Shown here piece by piece: positions 28,723 to 39,329 of a stretch of DNA of 64,000 nt (positions are counted from its first letter, which is position 1; each line of letters starts with the position of its first letter). The position numbers and the translations under genes were made by a program. The DNA lies in the NCBI GenBank assembly GCA_963764625.1, contig CAVXTH010000007.1, positions 64,001-128,000 of the forward strand, given 5' to 3'. The stretch comes from Candidatus Krumholzibacteriota bacterium (GTDB lineage Bacteria > Krumholzibacteriota > Krumholzibacteriia > JAJRXK01). Under the pieces are notes generated by a model that saw only the letters and a list, made by a program, of their open reading frames with translations, searched no databases and had not been told where the DNA came from.

Positions 28723-31584
28723 TTGGAGGACTACGTGCGCTCTCTTGCCTTCATTCGCAATGTCTTGCCCAGCCTACTCTTGGCCCTGCTCTTCACCGCG
28801 TGCACCCAGGGTTCGGTGGCCGAGTTGCGCACCGACGCTCCGGAGGCATCCGGGACTTTGGCCCCACCCGACACCAGCCTTCACGAGTTCGAGCTTCCCA
28901 ACGGCCTCACTCTGTCCGTGCGAGAGGATCCCGGCAGTCCTCTGGTGGCGATTGTCACGAGAGTGGGGTCGGGATACCTCCAGGAGACGCCTGCGCAGTC
29001 TGGATGGAGCCATCTTCTCGAACACATGATTCTGCGGGGTACCAAGTCCCATCCAGGCCCCAATGACCTCGATTCTCTGGTAGCCAGCATGGGTGGCGAG
29101 ATCAACGCTGCGACCACCTACGACCACAGCGAGTCGTTCCTGGTGGTGCCCACCGCCCAGCTCCAGCCGGCGCTGAGCCTGGCGGCGGAGATCTACCAGG
29201 AACCGCTCATCGATCCAAACGTGCTGCAACGCGAGAAACAGGCGGTGCGGCTGGAGATCGAGCAAAAACTCGAAGATCCCATCGCCCACGCGCGGGATGC
29301 GTTGCTTCAGCAGATCTTCTCGCGCAATCCCATGGGGCGGGGACAGAGCGAGAGCCTGGACTCTCTGGACTCCGTGGATCGAGACGCTCTGCTTGCGTTC
29401 CATGAGGATCAATACCGTCCCGCCAATACCGTTTTGAGTGTGGTGGGCGACGTGGAAGCAGATAGCGTCTTTCAGAGCGTGAAGGCGCTTTTCGGGGGAG
29501 TATCCCGGGGAGAATTGCGGCGCCATGACGGACTCGACGAACCGGCACCCACGGCGTTGCGCTTCACGCGGGAGGTGGGCTCCTACGACCCCAATGTGGT
29601 CATGGTCGGGTTCCCGCTCTCCGTTGCCTCGAGTCGAGACCTTCGCTCCCTTGAGGTCTTGAGCGAAATCCTGGTGAACGGAAACTCGTCTCGTTTGAAG
29701 CTACCTCTGCAGGTGCAGCGGGATCTCATCGAGGACTGTTCGTCCCAGGTGGTGTTCAACTCGGGCTCCGGTCTGTTCGAAGTGGTCATGCAGGCGCCGA
29801 CCAAAGCGGACGATCAGGCGCTGCGCACTCTTTTCGTGGAGTTGGATCAGATTCACAGATTTGGAGTCTTGAAAGAGGAACTCGCCGCGGCTCAGATGCG
29901 ATTGAAGAATCGTTGGTGGCTACGCAGACAGGACGTTCTTTCGGCGGCTCGTCTCCAAGCCGCACGGGAAGGCGTGCAAGGCAGCGAGTCGTCTCCCTAC
30001 GATTGGGACAAGGTCGATTCCAAGAGCATCCAGGATGCGATCACGCGATGGCTCCAGATTCCCCGTGCCAGTGTGGTCGAGCTCCTGAACGAGACCACCA
30101 GCCGGGCAAGGCCTTTCTATATGCGTCTCGATGCCGAGGCCATGCAAGAACATCTACGTGGGGCCGTCCTCGCGGCGGCGGAGCACGGACAGGCACTGGT
30201 TGTACCGGCTCCGCCTCCGTCGTGGTACTCCCGCCTCGCACTGGGAGGTTGGGCGCGAGTCTTTGCGCACCCGGCGGGCGAACAGGGGGTTCATCGCTAC
30301 CAGTTCGACAATGGCGCCGTCCTCGTCGTGGATGCGAACCATCATTCGCAGATGACTTCCGTGAGCTTGCGATTCAGGGGAGGGCGTGTCGCGGAAGTGC
30401 GCAATACCGCTGGGCTGACCGGAGTCCTGCAGAAGCTCATGATCGAGGAGAGCATCACGCGTGACCCGGTTTCTCTCGCACAAGAGCTAGATGGTCTCGG
30501 TAGCTCGGTGGTGCAACTGCGCGATCTGGATTCATTCGGATTCAAGATGGCGGTTCAAGGGGCGAACATGCCCTATGCCTTCGACATTCTCTACGATCTC
30601 GTCGCCCACACTCCCCTGGACGGGCAGAGGTTCCTCAAGATTTTGAATGCGCAAGGACGGGAGCTACACCGCGAGAGCTACCGGCTCTTCGACACGACGA
30701 GCCAGCTGGTGCGCGCCGCGGCGTGGGGCGAAAATGGCTACGGCATTGCGGATTTGGGGACTCTAAAATCGTTGAGCATGGCCACTCCGTCGCGGCTCCA
30801 GGATCTGTATGCTGAGACCTGCAATCCGCGGAACGCGGTCATCGTGGTTTCAGGAGATCTGGACCCCGAAGACGTGCGAGAATTCCTCGACCTCTACATG
30901 CGGAAGTGGAGCGACGCCAGCGATCTCTATCCGGCTGGTGCGGACGCTTACTTCGACTCCGAGCTCATCGAGCCCTTGCCGCAGATCGAACCCGGAGCAG
31001 TCGAAGAGGTCCACCGAGCCGATCCGATCGCCGCGCTGCAGATTGGATTTCCCGCTCCCGGTCTGCGAGATTCACTCGCCTCGAGTTTCCGTGTGTTCTC
31101 GGCCTGGATGAGCGGGTCCGAAAGCCCCATTCGCAGCGCGCTAGGTGGAGCCGGCTCATCTCATCTGGTCTACATCCACGACCAGGAAGGCGCGCTGGGT
31201 GGACTGTTTTGCGTGTACTCGGCCTGCGCTTCGAAAGATCTGGAATCTACTCAGCAGAAGATCGTAGACGCGACGCGAGCGGCGGCAAGAGCGCCTCTGA
31301 GTGAGCAGAAGCTCGAGAGCGCCAAGTCGATATTGAAGACCCGGTTCTATCTCGAGCAGCAAACGCTCACCGGACGCGAAGACTTCTTGGCTCAGCGCGA
31401 AATCATAGGTCTTGCGACCGAAGCTCCCATGGCTCATGCGGCCGAATACGACGCGGTGAGCTTGGACTCGGTGAGATCGCTTGCCGACAGGCTCGCGAGC
31501 GCGCCGTACGCGGTTGGGCGCGTGAACGGAATCGTAGAGGCGAACGGGCCCGATTCCGCTTCGAAGCAGACGCAGCTGAAATAG
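28723..31584 (+). CDS. M16 (pitrilysin/insulinase) family zinc peptidase, fused two-part form, possible lipoprotein
   Basis: Inverted zinc motif HLLEH, LPNGL, NAAT; second half lacks HxxEH; lipobox-like LFTAC. Confidence 0.85.
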   Translation: MEDYVRSLAFIRNVLPSLLLALLFTACTQGSVAELRTDAPEASGTLAPPDTSLHEFELPNGLTLSVREDPGSPLVAIVTRVGSGYLQETPAQSGWSHLLEHMILRGTKSHPGPNDLDSLVASMGGEINAATTYDHSESFLVVPTAQLQPALSLAAEIYQEPLIDPNVLQREKQAVRLEIEQKLEDPIAHARDALLQQIFSRNPMGRGQSESLDSLDSVDRDALLAFHEDQYRPANTVLSVVGDVEADSVFQSVKALFGGVSRGELRRHDGLDEPAPTALRFTREVGSYDPNVVMVGFPLSVASSRDLRSLEVLSEILVNGNSSRLKLPLQVQRDLIEDCSSQVVFNSGSGLFEVVMQAPTKADDQALRTLFVELDQIHRFGVLKEELAAAQMRLKNRWWLRRQDVLSAARLQAAREGVQGSESSPYDWDKVDSKSIQDAITRWLQIPRASVVELLNETTSRARPFYMRLDAEAMQEHLRGAVLAAAEHGQALVVPAPPPSWYSRLALGGWARVFAHPAGEQGVHRYQFDNGAVLVVDANHHSQMTSVSLRFRGGRVAEVRNTAGLTGVLQKLMIEESITRDPVSLAQELDGLGSSVVQLRDLDSFGFKMAVQGANMPYAFDILYDLVAHTPLDGQRFLKILNAQGRELHRESYRLFDTTSQLVRAAAWGENGYGIADLGTLKSLSMATPSRLQDLYAETCNPRNAVIVVSGDLDPEDVREFLDLYMRKWSDASDLYPAGADAYFDSELIEPLPQIEPGAVEEVHRADPIAALQIGFPAPGLRDSLASSFRVFSAWMSGSESPIRSALGGAGSSHLVYIHDQEGALGGLFCVYSACASKDLESTQQKIVDATRAAARAPLSEQKLESAKSILKTRFYLEQQTLTGREDFLAQREIIGLATEAPMAHAAEYDAVSLDSVRSLADRLASAPYAVGRVNGIVEANGPDSASKQTQLK

Positions 31585-31642
31585 AGGCCTCGGGCCGTGG
31601 ACGGAGCGCACCTTTATCGTGAATGTGTGCTTTGGGGAGAGC

Positions 31643-34351
31643 ATGAACAGTCAAGAGATACGCCAGTCCTTCCTGGACTTCTTCCAGGATCGCGGACACA
31701 CATTCGTGCCGAGCAGCAGCTTGATTCCCCAGGACGATCCCACGCTTCTGTTCACGAACGCAGGGATGAACCAGTTCAAACAGGTTCTGCTGGGTGCGGA
31801 GAAGCGCGCTTACGTCCGCGCCGCCAACAGTCAGAAGTGCATGAGGGTGAGCGGCAAGCATAACGATCTCGAAGCTGTGGGCAGGGACGGACGACACCAC
31901 ACCTTCTTCGAAATGCTCGGAAACTGGTCGTTTGGCGACTACTACAAGGCCGAGGCCATCCAGTGGGCGTGGGAGTTCCTCACGAAAACGATGGCCCTCG
32001 ATCCTGACAAGCTGCTCGTGAGCGTCTATAAGGACGATTCCGAGAGCTACGGCATCTGGAAAGACAAAGTCGGAGTATCCGAGGAGCACATCTATCGCCT
32101 GGGCGACATCTCCAAGGGTGACGAAGAGAATTTCTGGAGCATGGGCGACACCGGTCCATGCGGTCCTTGCACCGAGATCCACTACGATCAGGGGAGCGAG
32201 GTCGCGGGCGGTGACGAACGGCCCCTGGGAGAGAATGACAGCGACCGCTACCTGGAAGTCTGGAATCTGGTATTTATCCAGTACGACCGCGATTCCAAAG
32301 GCAATCTCTCGCCGCTTCCGCTTCAAAGCGTGGATACGGGAATGGGTCTCGAACGACTCGCCGCCCTCAAAGCCAAAGTCAGCTCCAACTACGACACCGA
32401 TCTGTTTGAGCCGCTGGTTCGATGGGTGGCGCGGCAGAGTGGCAAGAGCACCGAGGTTCCCGAGGACAAGGTGAGCATGCAGGTCATCGCCGATCATGCT
32501 CGCGCCCTCACCTTCACCGTGGCCGACGGCGGGCGGCCGGGGAACGACGGTCGCGGCTATGTCTTGCGCCGTATCTTGCGCCGCGCCGCGCGCCACGGCC
32601 GGCGACTCGGCTTCACCGAACCGTTTCTGTATCAGGTCGCCGATTTGGTCATCGACATGATGGGCGGGCACTACCGTGAATTACTCGACGCGCGTGAGCA
32701 CGTGCTGCGCGTGATTCGAACCGAGGAGGAGCGATTCAACGAAACCCTCGACCGCGGCCTGGTGCTTTTCGACGAGGCGTCCGAGCGAGCCACCAAGGAA
32801 TTCGCCCGCCGCAAGCAGAAAGGCTCCGGCAAGAAAGGCGCCGAAGCTCGCCCGATCATTTCGGCGGAGGACGCGTTCAAACTCCACGACACCTTTGGGT
32901 TTCCCCTCGACCTCACCGAGCTGATGGCCTCGGAGAAGGGAATGCAGGTCGACGTCGAAGGTTTCGAAGCGGCCATGGACGAGCAGCGCGCCCGCGCCCG
33001 GGCGGCCAGCAATTTCAGCGCGGCGAAACAAAACGAAGCCTGGAACTGGCTGCAGGGCGAGCCTGGAGTCGACCGGCCCGCGGCCCGGTTCGTCGGCTAC
33101 ACGAGTCTTGTGACCGAGTGCGAGATCCTGGGTTATCGCGCGGTCGACCGGGAGCAATGGGAGCTCGTCGTCGATCCCTGTCCCTTCTACGCGGAGAGCG
33201 GGGGACAGATCGGCGACCGGGGGTCCCTGGAGAACGACCAGGCGCGGCTCGAAGTTCTGGATGCTCGCTCCTCCCAAGCCGGCCCGGTGTGCCTGGTGGA
33301 GCTTCGCTCGGGTCAGTTCGAGACTGCGGTCTCCTCGGGTAAGAAATTCAGCGCCAGTGTCGACGCCTCGCGTCGTCGCGCCATCATGCGGAATCATACC
33401 GCTACCCATCTCTTGCATGGAGCCCTGCGGGACCGCCTGGGCTCTCACGCGACGCAAGCCGGCTCGCTGGTAGCGCCCGAACGGCTGCGCTTCGACTTCC
33501 ATCACGACGGTGCGCTCGGGAAGGAAGCGCTCGACGCGCTCGAGAACGACGTAAACGCGCAGATTCTGGCCGATCGATCCGTGACCAAACACGTAGATGT
33601 GCCGCTGGAGGAGGCGCGTGGGATGGGCGCGGTGTCGATGTTCGGCGAAAAGTATGGCGACAAGGTGCGGGTGGTCCAGGTCGGCGACTACAGCATCGAG
33701 TTCTGTGGCGGCACGCACTGCGATCACACCGGAGAGATTGGTTTGATGCGCATCACCGGGGAAAGTGCGGTCGCGGCCGGCGTACGTCGCATAGAAGCGA
33801 TTACGGGACCGGCGGCATTGCACGCGTTCGAGAGCGACCGTGAAATCGTGAGGAGTCTGGGAGAGAGTCTCTCGACCCGGCCCGAAGGGGTGCTGGGCCG
33901 CGTTGAAGCGCTTCAGGAGGAGATCAAGAGCTTACGCAGCGAGCTCGCGGTGGCCCACGGCGCGCAGGCGAAGGACGTGGCGGAGGAGTTGCTGAGCCGC
34001 GCGGTCGTGGTCGAGGGAGTAAAGCTCGTTGCGTCGAGAGTGGAGATCCAGAACCGCGAGAGCCTCATGCAGATGGGCGACGCTCTGCGGGAGAAACTGC
34101 ACGGGGGGGCAGCGGTGCTCGCGGCGGAAATCGATGGGAAAGTGGCATTTCTCGCCGTGGTCACCGATGATATCATCTCGTCCTTGGGACTCAAGGCAGG
34201 GGATCTGGTGAAGCGAGTTGCGAAGATCGCCGGCGGGAGTGGCGGTGGACGCCCGCACCTGGCGCAGGCGGGCGGGAAGGACCCGGCCAAGATCGACGAA
34301 GCGATCGAGGCCGTGCCGCGGATCGTGAAAGAACTGATCAGTTCCCGTTGA
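31643..34351 (+). CDS. alaS: Alanine--tRNA ligase
   Basis: LFTNAGM, HHTFFEMLGN, DTGMGLERL, editing motifs HTATH and CGGTH, GGSGGG...AQAGG. Confidence 0.98.
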   Translation: MNSQEIRQSFLDFFQDRGHTFVPSSSLIPQDDPTLLFTNAGMNQFKQVLLGAEKRAYVRAANSQKCMRVSGKHNDLEAVGRDGRHHTFFEMLGNWSFGDYYKAEAIQWAWEFLTKTMALDPDKLLVSVYKDDSESYGIWKDKVGVSEEHIYRLGDISKGDEENFWSMGDTGPCGPCTEIHYDQGSEVAGGDERPLGENDSDRYLEVWNLVFIQYDRDSKGNLSPLPLQSVDTGMGLERLAALKAKVSSNYDTDLFEPLVRWVARQSGKSTEVPEDKVSMQVIADHARALTFTVADGGRPGNDGRGYVLRRILRRAARHGRRLGFTEPFLYQVADLVIDMMGGHYRELLDAREHVLRVIRTEEERFNETLDRGLVLFDEASERATKEFARRKQKGSGKKGAEARPIISAEDAFKLHDTFGFPLDLTELMASEKGMQVDVEGFEAAMDEQRARARAASNFSAAKQNEAWNWLQGEPGVDRPAARFVGYTSLVTECEILGYRAVDREQWELVVDPCPFYAESGGQIGDRGSLENDQARLEVLDARSSQAGPVCLVELRSGQFETAVSSGKKFSASVDASRRRAIMRNHTATHLLHGALRDRLGSHATQAGSLVAPERLRFDFHHDGALGKEALDALENDVNAQILADRSVTKHVDVPLEEARGMGAVSMFGEKYGDKVRVVQVGDYSIEFCGGTHCDHTGEIGLMRITGESAVAAGVRRIEAITGPAALHAFESDREIVRSLGESLSTRPEGVLGRVEALQEEIKSLRSELAVAHGAQAKDVAEELLSRAVVVEGVKLVASRVEIQNRESLMQMGDALREKLHGGAAVLAAEIDGKVAFLAVVTDDIISSLGLKAGDLVKRVAKIAGGSGGGRPHLAQAGGKDPAKIDEAIEAVPRIVKELISSR

Positions 34352-34411
34352 GATTCCTTCCCCAGCTTTTTCGACGGAGATTTGGTTCCGAGACTTGACG
34401 CGGGAGTAAGC

Positions 34412-35317
34412 ATGAATCCAATTCTCGAGCTCCGCGGGGTTCGAAGAAGCTTCGGTCGCATCCTGGCGGTGGACGGAGTCGACTTGAGCGTGCCCAAAGG
34501 GGCGATTTACGGCATCCTCGGTCCCAATGGCGCGGGCAAGACCACGACCATCCGTATGATCCTGAACATCTACCTTCCCGACGCCGGAGAGATCCTCTTC
34601 GACGGGGGTCACCTCGATCGCAAGGCGATCAATCGGATCGGCTACTTGCCCGAAGAGCGCGGTCTCTACAAGCGCATGCGGGTGGAAGAGCATGTGATTT
34701 ACCTCGCCCGTCTGAAGGGGATGCCGGCGGCGCAGGCTAAACGCCGGGCCCGACTCTGGTTGGAGCGATTCGGATTGGATGAGCGCGCCAACGCCAAGAC
34801 CGACGAGCTCTCGAAGGGGATGCAGCAGAAAGTGCAGTTCATCGGCACCGTGATCTCCGAGCCGCAAATGGTGGTGCTGGACGAACCCTTCAGTGGACTC
34901 GACCCGCTCAACGTGAAGCTCCTGCGCGAGATCATCGAAGAGATTCGTGCCGCGGGTCGAACCGTTCTCTTCTCTACCCACGTCATGGAACAGGCAGAGC
35001 AGATCTGCGATCACATCTTCCTCATCAACAACGGACGCAAGGTCCTCGACGGAAGACTGGACGAGATCATCGAGAACTATCCGGTGGACAGCGTTCGGGT
35101 ATCCGGGGAATTCGAGGAGCGAGCTCTCGAGGCGCTTCCACCGGTAGACTCCGTGCAGCGCAGCGGAAACGAATTGTCGGTGCGTCTCGCGGAGGGTTTC
35201 GTGGCCCAAGATCTCCTGGTGGAGTTGGTGAGGAGGGGTCGGGTCGACCGTTTTGCCGCCACGCGGCCACCTCTCAGCGAGATCTTCATCCGGGAAGTGG
35301 AGGGTAGCCATGACTAA
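34412..35317 (+). CDS. ABC transporter ATP-binding protein (NatA/YhaQ-like)
   Basis: GPNGAGKTT, GYLPEERGLY, LSKGMQQK and LDEPFSGLD. Confidence 0.92.
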   Translation: MNPILELRGVRRSFGRILAVDGVDLSVPKGAIYGILGPNGAGKTTTIRMILNIYLPDAGEILFDGGHLDRKAINRIGYLPEERGLYKRMRVEEHVIYLARLKGMPAAQAKRRARLWLERFGLDERANAKTDELSKGMQQKVQFIGTVISEPQMVVLDEPFSGLDPLNVKLLREIIEEIRAAGRTVLFSTHVMEQAEQICDHIFLINNGRKVLDGRLDEIIENYPVDSVRVSGEFEERALEALPPVDSVQRSGNELSVRLAEGFVAQDLLVELVRRGRVDRFAATRPPLSEIFIREVEGSHD

Positions 35318-36581
35318 GCTACGCATCGTCACGATCAGTGAATATCTCGTCCGGGTTCGTTCGCGCGCGTTCATCATCTCCACTCTGCTCGGGCCGATCT
35401 TACTTCTGGCCGTTTCGCTCGGTCCGGCGCTTCTCGCGTCGCGCACTTCGGAATCGACACGCACGATCATGGTGATCGACGACAGCGGAACTCAGGGCCT
35501 TTTCATGAACCTGCAGCGCGAAATCGGCGATCCTCAGGCTGGTGGCCAGAAGAAGATGCACCTGGTTCTCTGGGGAGAGAGCGGGTCGCTCGACTCTGCC
35601 TTGTCCACGCTGGCTCCCCAGGTCGGCGACGGCAGCTACGACGGCGTCCTGTACATTCCCCCGGACTTTCTGCAAGAGGGCAGTGCCACCCTCTACGGCT
35701 CGAATCCCTCTGGCGTGGTCTGGGCCGATCCGGTCGAGGCCGCTCTGGGACGGGTTCTCATTCAACAACACCTGAAGGGTTACGGGATGGAAAAGGCAGA
35801 GCTCGACCAGGTGCTGGCCGGAGCCAAGCTCCACGCCGAGGACATCGCTCGCGGCGAAGGGGGGAAGAAGGGTTCGATGGAGGTGAGGCTCGTGGTGGGC
35901 TTCGTCCTGGTGTTCCTGCTGTACATGATGATCCTGGCCTACGGTATTCAGTCGATGAATTCGGTCATCGAGGACAAGACCTCCCGCGTGGTCGAGGTGA
36001 TGCTGGCGAGTGTCACTCCCACCGTACTCATGGCGGGGAAGATCGTGGCGAGTGCTCTGGTTGGCCTCACGCAGTTTGCCATCTGGGGCATCCTGGCGGC
36101 CGGTCTCATCGGGCAGGGGCTCTTCTCCTTGCCCGCGAGCATCGATTTCTCGTTTCTCACCCCGGCGATCTGGGCCGCCTTCACCGCATTCTTTCTCCTG
36201 GGGTATCTGCTCTTCGCCTGCCTCTACGCGGCGATCGGCGCGCTCTGCAACAGCACCCAGGACGCCCAGCAGTTTCAGATGCCGGTGACGATTCTGGTGG
36301 TCATTCCCATGCTCCTGCTGCAGGTCGTCATGCAGAATCCCAACGGTAGCCTGGCGGTCGTGTTCTCGCTCATCCCGGTGTTCACTCCCATCATGATGTT
36401 CGTGCGCATCGCGCTGGGGAACCCACCCCTGTGGCAAATCATTCTGAGTCTGATTCTTTTGGGGGGAACCGTGGTGCTGATGGCCAAGGTGACCGGAAAG
36501 CTCTTCCGGCTCTCCATTTTGAGCTTCGGAAAGTCACCGAGTTGGAGGCAGGTGCTCAGGATGCTACGTTCGCCAGAATAG
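35310..36581 (+). CDS. ABC-2 permease (NatB/YhaP-like)
   Basis: SVIEDKTSRVVEVML, GKI, and six predicted TM helices. Confidence 0.88.
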   Translation: MTKLRIVTISEYLVRVRSRAFIISTLLGPILLLAVSLGPALLASRTSESTRTIMVIDDSGTQGLFMNLQREIGDPQAGGQKKMHLVLWGESGSLDSALSTLAPQVGDGSYDGVLYIPPDFLQEGSATLYGSNPSGVVWADPVEAALGRVLIQQHLKGYGMEKAELDQVLAGAKLHAEDIARGEGGKKGSMEVRLVVGFVLVFLLYMMILAYGIQSMNSVIEDKTSRVVEVMLASVTPTVLMAGKIVASALVGLTQFAIWGILAAGLIGQGLFSLPASIDFSFLTPAIWAAFTAFFLLGYLLFACLYAAIGALCNSTQDAQQFQMPVTILVVIPMLLLQVVMQNPNGSLAVVFSLIPVFTPIMMFVRIALGNPPLWQIILSLILLGGTVVLMAKVTGKLFRLSILSFGKSPSWRQVLRMLRSPE

Positions 36582-36683
36582 GCCGGCTCTGCTCCGCACT
36601 TTCGCCGCCCGCCGGCTTTGCCTACTATTGTTGCTCTTTGCCGATCTCCGTGAGCCGGCTGAATTGAAGCCGACGCGGCGCAG

Positions 36684-38423
36684 ATGGCGCATCCAGAGCC
36701 CCAGCTACAGGTTTTTCGCATGATTTCCAACGACTCTCCCCGCGCCGGTTCCCTACTGCTTTCGGCCGAAGAGGCCGCCTCCTGGCTGACGAGAAGCCGT
36801 AACTGGCCGTCTCACCGCCTCAGTGAAGTCGAGCTGTGCGACCTGGGTCTGCTGCTCAACGGCGCGTTCTCCCCTCTGACTGGATTTCTGGATCGGGAGG
36901 ACACCCAGTCGGTGCTCTCCGAGATGCGCCTGGAGGATGGGCGGTTGTGGCCCATGCCGATCAACCTGGAGTTGGACGAGAAGACGGCGTCCGCGGCGGA
37001 GGCCGCCGGATTCCTCGCGCTTCGCGATGTCGAAGGGACCGTGCTCGCGGTGCTCGAACTGAGCGAAGTGTGGCCGTTCGACGCCAAGGACATGGCCGAG
37101 GGACTCCTAGGTCACTGCGACGAAGCTCACCCCTTCGTGGCCCGGCTTTTGGCCAGCGAGGCCACCCATCTGGCGGGCGGGAAGTTGCACGGACTTCAAA
37201 TGCCCAGACGCTATCTCTATCCCCAGCTACACCACAGCCCCGCGCAACTGCGGGCCCTGTTTGAAGAGAAGGGCTGGAAGAAGATCGTCGCCTTTCAGAC
37301 CCGCAATCCCATGCATCGGGCTCACTTCGAGATCACGAAGCTGGCGGCGGAATCGGCGGGCGCGAAAGTATTGCTCCATCCCGTGGTGGGTGTGACCCGA
37401 CCGGGGGACGTTCCGGCGGTGGTGCGGGTGCGCTGTTATGAAGAATTGCTGCCGCGCTATGGCGACAACGGCGCCGTTCTGTCGCTTCTTCCTTTGGCGA
37501 TGCGCATGGCGGGACCCCGCGAGGCCCTGTGGCACTCCCTCATCCGGCGGAACTTCGGCGCCACGCACTTCATCATTGGCCGCGACCACGCCGGCCCCGG
37601 CCTCTCTTCTCAGGGGAAACCGTTCCACGGCCCCTACGACGCACAGCACCTGGTGGAAAAGTACTCCGATGAGATCGGCCTCACCGTCGTTCCTCTGCAG
37701 ATGCTGGTCTACGATCCCGAGAAGGACGCCTACCTCACGCAAGATCAGGCGAGCGAGGCGTCCAAGTCCTACCAGCTCTCGGGGACGGAACTGCGACGAC
37801 GGCTGAACACGGGCGAGGAGATTCCCGAGTGGTTCAGCTTTCCCGAAGTGGCGAAGATTCTGCGCCGCGCATACCCGCCGCGCTCGCAGCAGGGCTTCAC
37901 CGTCTTCTTCACCGGGCTTTCCGCCTCCGGGAAATCCACCCTGGCGCAGGCTCTGATGGCCCGCCTCCAGATCGATACCGGACGCGACGTCACGCTCTTG
38001 GACGGCGATGTCGTGCGCACGAACCTCTCCTCGGAATTGGGATTCTCGAAGGAGCACCGCGACCTCAACATCACTCGCATCGGTTATGTCGCGTCGGAGA
38101 TCACGCGCCACGGAGGAATTGCTCTCTGTGCGCCCATCGCTCCCTACGATCGCGCGCGCAAAGACGTTCGCGAGAAGGTGGAGGCCCGCGGCGGATTCGT
38201 GCTCGTGCACGTCAGCACACCGCTGCAGGAATGCGAGCGCCGCGACCCGAAAGGTCTCTACGCGAAGGCTCGCGCCGGAATCGTGAAGGGCTTCACCGGA
38301 ATCGACGATCCCTACCAAACCCCCCAGGACGCCGAACTCGCCATCGACACCACGGCCATCGAACCCGACGAAGCGGCAGGTCGCATTTTGGAGCATCTCC
38401 GCAGCGAGGGCTATTTGAGCTGA
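36684..38423 (+). CDS. cysC: Bifunctional sulfate adenylyltransferase / adenylylsulfate kinase (PAPS synthase)
   Basis: Sat motifs FQTRNPMHRAH and GRDHAG; kinase motifs TGLSASGKST, LDGDVVR and RDPKGLY; start is 36684 or 36720. Confidence 0.93.
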   Translation: MAHPEPQLQVFRMISNDSPRAGSLLLSAEEAASWLTRSRNWPSHRLSEVELCDLGLLLNGAFSPLTGFLDREDTQSVLSEMRLEDGRLWPMPINLELDEKTASAAEAAGFLALRDVEGTVLAVLELSEVWPFDAKDMAEGLLGHCDEAHPFVARLLASEATHLAGGKLHGLQMPRRYLYPQLHHSPAQLRALFEEKGWKKIVAFQTRNPMHRAHFEITKLAAESAGAKVLLHPVVGVTRPGDVPAVVRVRCYEELLPRYGDNGAVLSLLPLAMRMAGPREALWHSLIRRNFGATHFIIGRDHAGPGLSSQGKPFHGPYDAQHLVEKYSDEIGLTVVPLQMLVYDPEKDAYLTQDQASEASKSYQLSGTELRRRLNTGEEIPEWFSFPEVAKILRRAYPPRSQQGFTVFFTGLSASGKSTLAQALMARLQIDTGRDVTLLDGDVVRTNLSSELGFSKEHRDLNITRIGYVASEITRHGGIALCAPIAPYDRARKDVREKVEARGGFVLVHVSTPLQECERRDPKGLYAKARAGIVKGFTGIDDPYQTPQDAELAIDTTAIEPDEAAGRILEHLRSEGYLS

Positions 38424-38436
38424 ATTGCCGGGAACT

Positions 38437-39303
38437 CTAGCCGCGGGCGCGACTCTCCAGGTCACCGTAGCCGAGGCGTTGCATCCATCCTTTTGTCTTC
38501 TTGCTCTCGTAGAGCTCGCGCAGGAGTGGATCTTCGAGAAAACGGAAGCGAGGACCGCGCTCGGCCAGCGCGGCCGCCCTGCCCACGCGCGCGGGGTCGG
38601 CCGTTAGACCCAGAAACTCCGCTACTTCGCGCAGAGCGCTCGTTGGATCCTCCAGCAGGTCTTCGTAGCAGAGCACGAGTTCTTCGATTGGGAATCGTTT
38701 GCGGTTCCATTGATGGAGATCGAGGTAGTCCTCCCAAAGTTCGAAGGCCCGGGTCAGCTCGAGACAACGCGGAGAGCTGAAGCGATTCAGATGGGGATCG
38801 GCCAGGTACTTCGCTCGTTCCTCTTGGGTGAGTTCCTTGCTCGCGCGACGCCAGAGACTGGCAGCCACGTCGATTCCGTTACGGTGAACCGTGATGGCGC
38901 GCGCCCTGGGAAAAACCGAGAGCCACAGTGGCCAGGTGGCAGTCGTCCGGGGATCTTTCCAGCCCCACAACACCGGTTCATTCGAGAGGAAGGCACGCAG
39001 GCGGCCCGGCCCCACGTAGCGGCGTAGAAACGCCAGCCCCTCCACCCTGCGCGTCAACTCCTGCACGAGAGGGGGGAGGGTGTCCTCACGTTCTAGGAGA
39101 TAACGGATGGGCAGGGGATTGTCCCACGCTCCGTGCGCGCGCTGCAGCAACCAGTCGTTCGAATCCAGAATGAAGACCGACTCGTGGTGCATTTCGAGAT
39201 TGCGACCCAGGTGCATTCCCAGCTCCGCAAGCATCTTCGCGAGCAGAGTGGTGCCGGAACGGTGCATGCCCAAGAGCAGTACCGGGTCATCTCGTTTCAA
39301 CAT
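38437..39303 (-). CDS. PAPS-dependent sulfotransferase family protein
   Basis: 5'-PSB motif GMHRSGTT, WGWKDPR, RNGIDVAAS and YEDLL. Confidence 0.85.
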   Translation of the reverse strand: MLKRDDPVLLLGMHRSGTTLLAKMLAELGMHLGRNLEMHHESVFILDSNDWLLQRAHGAWDNPLPIRYLLEREDTLPPLVQELTRRVEGLAFLRRYVGPGRLRAFLSNEPVLWGWKDPRTTATWPLWLSVFPRARAITVHRNGIDVAASLWRRASKELTQEERAKYLADPHLNRFSSPRCLELTRAFELWEDYLDLHQWNRKRFPIEELVLCYEDLLEDPTSALREVAEFLGLTADPARVGRAAALAERGPRFRFLEDPLLRELYESKKTKGWMQRLGYGDLESRARG

Positions 39304-39329
39304 GAATGGACTCTCCTGAAGAGACGAAG

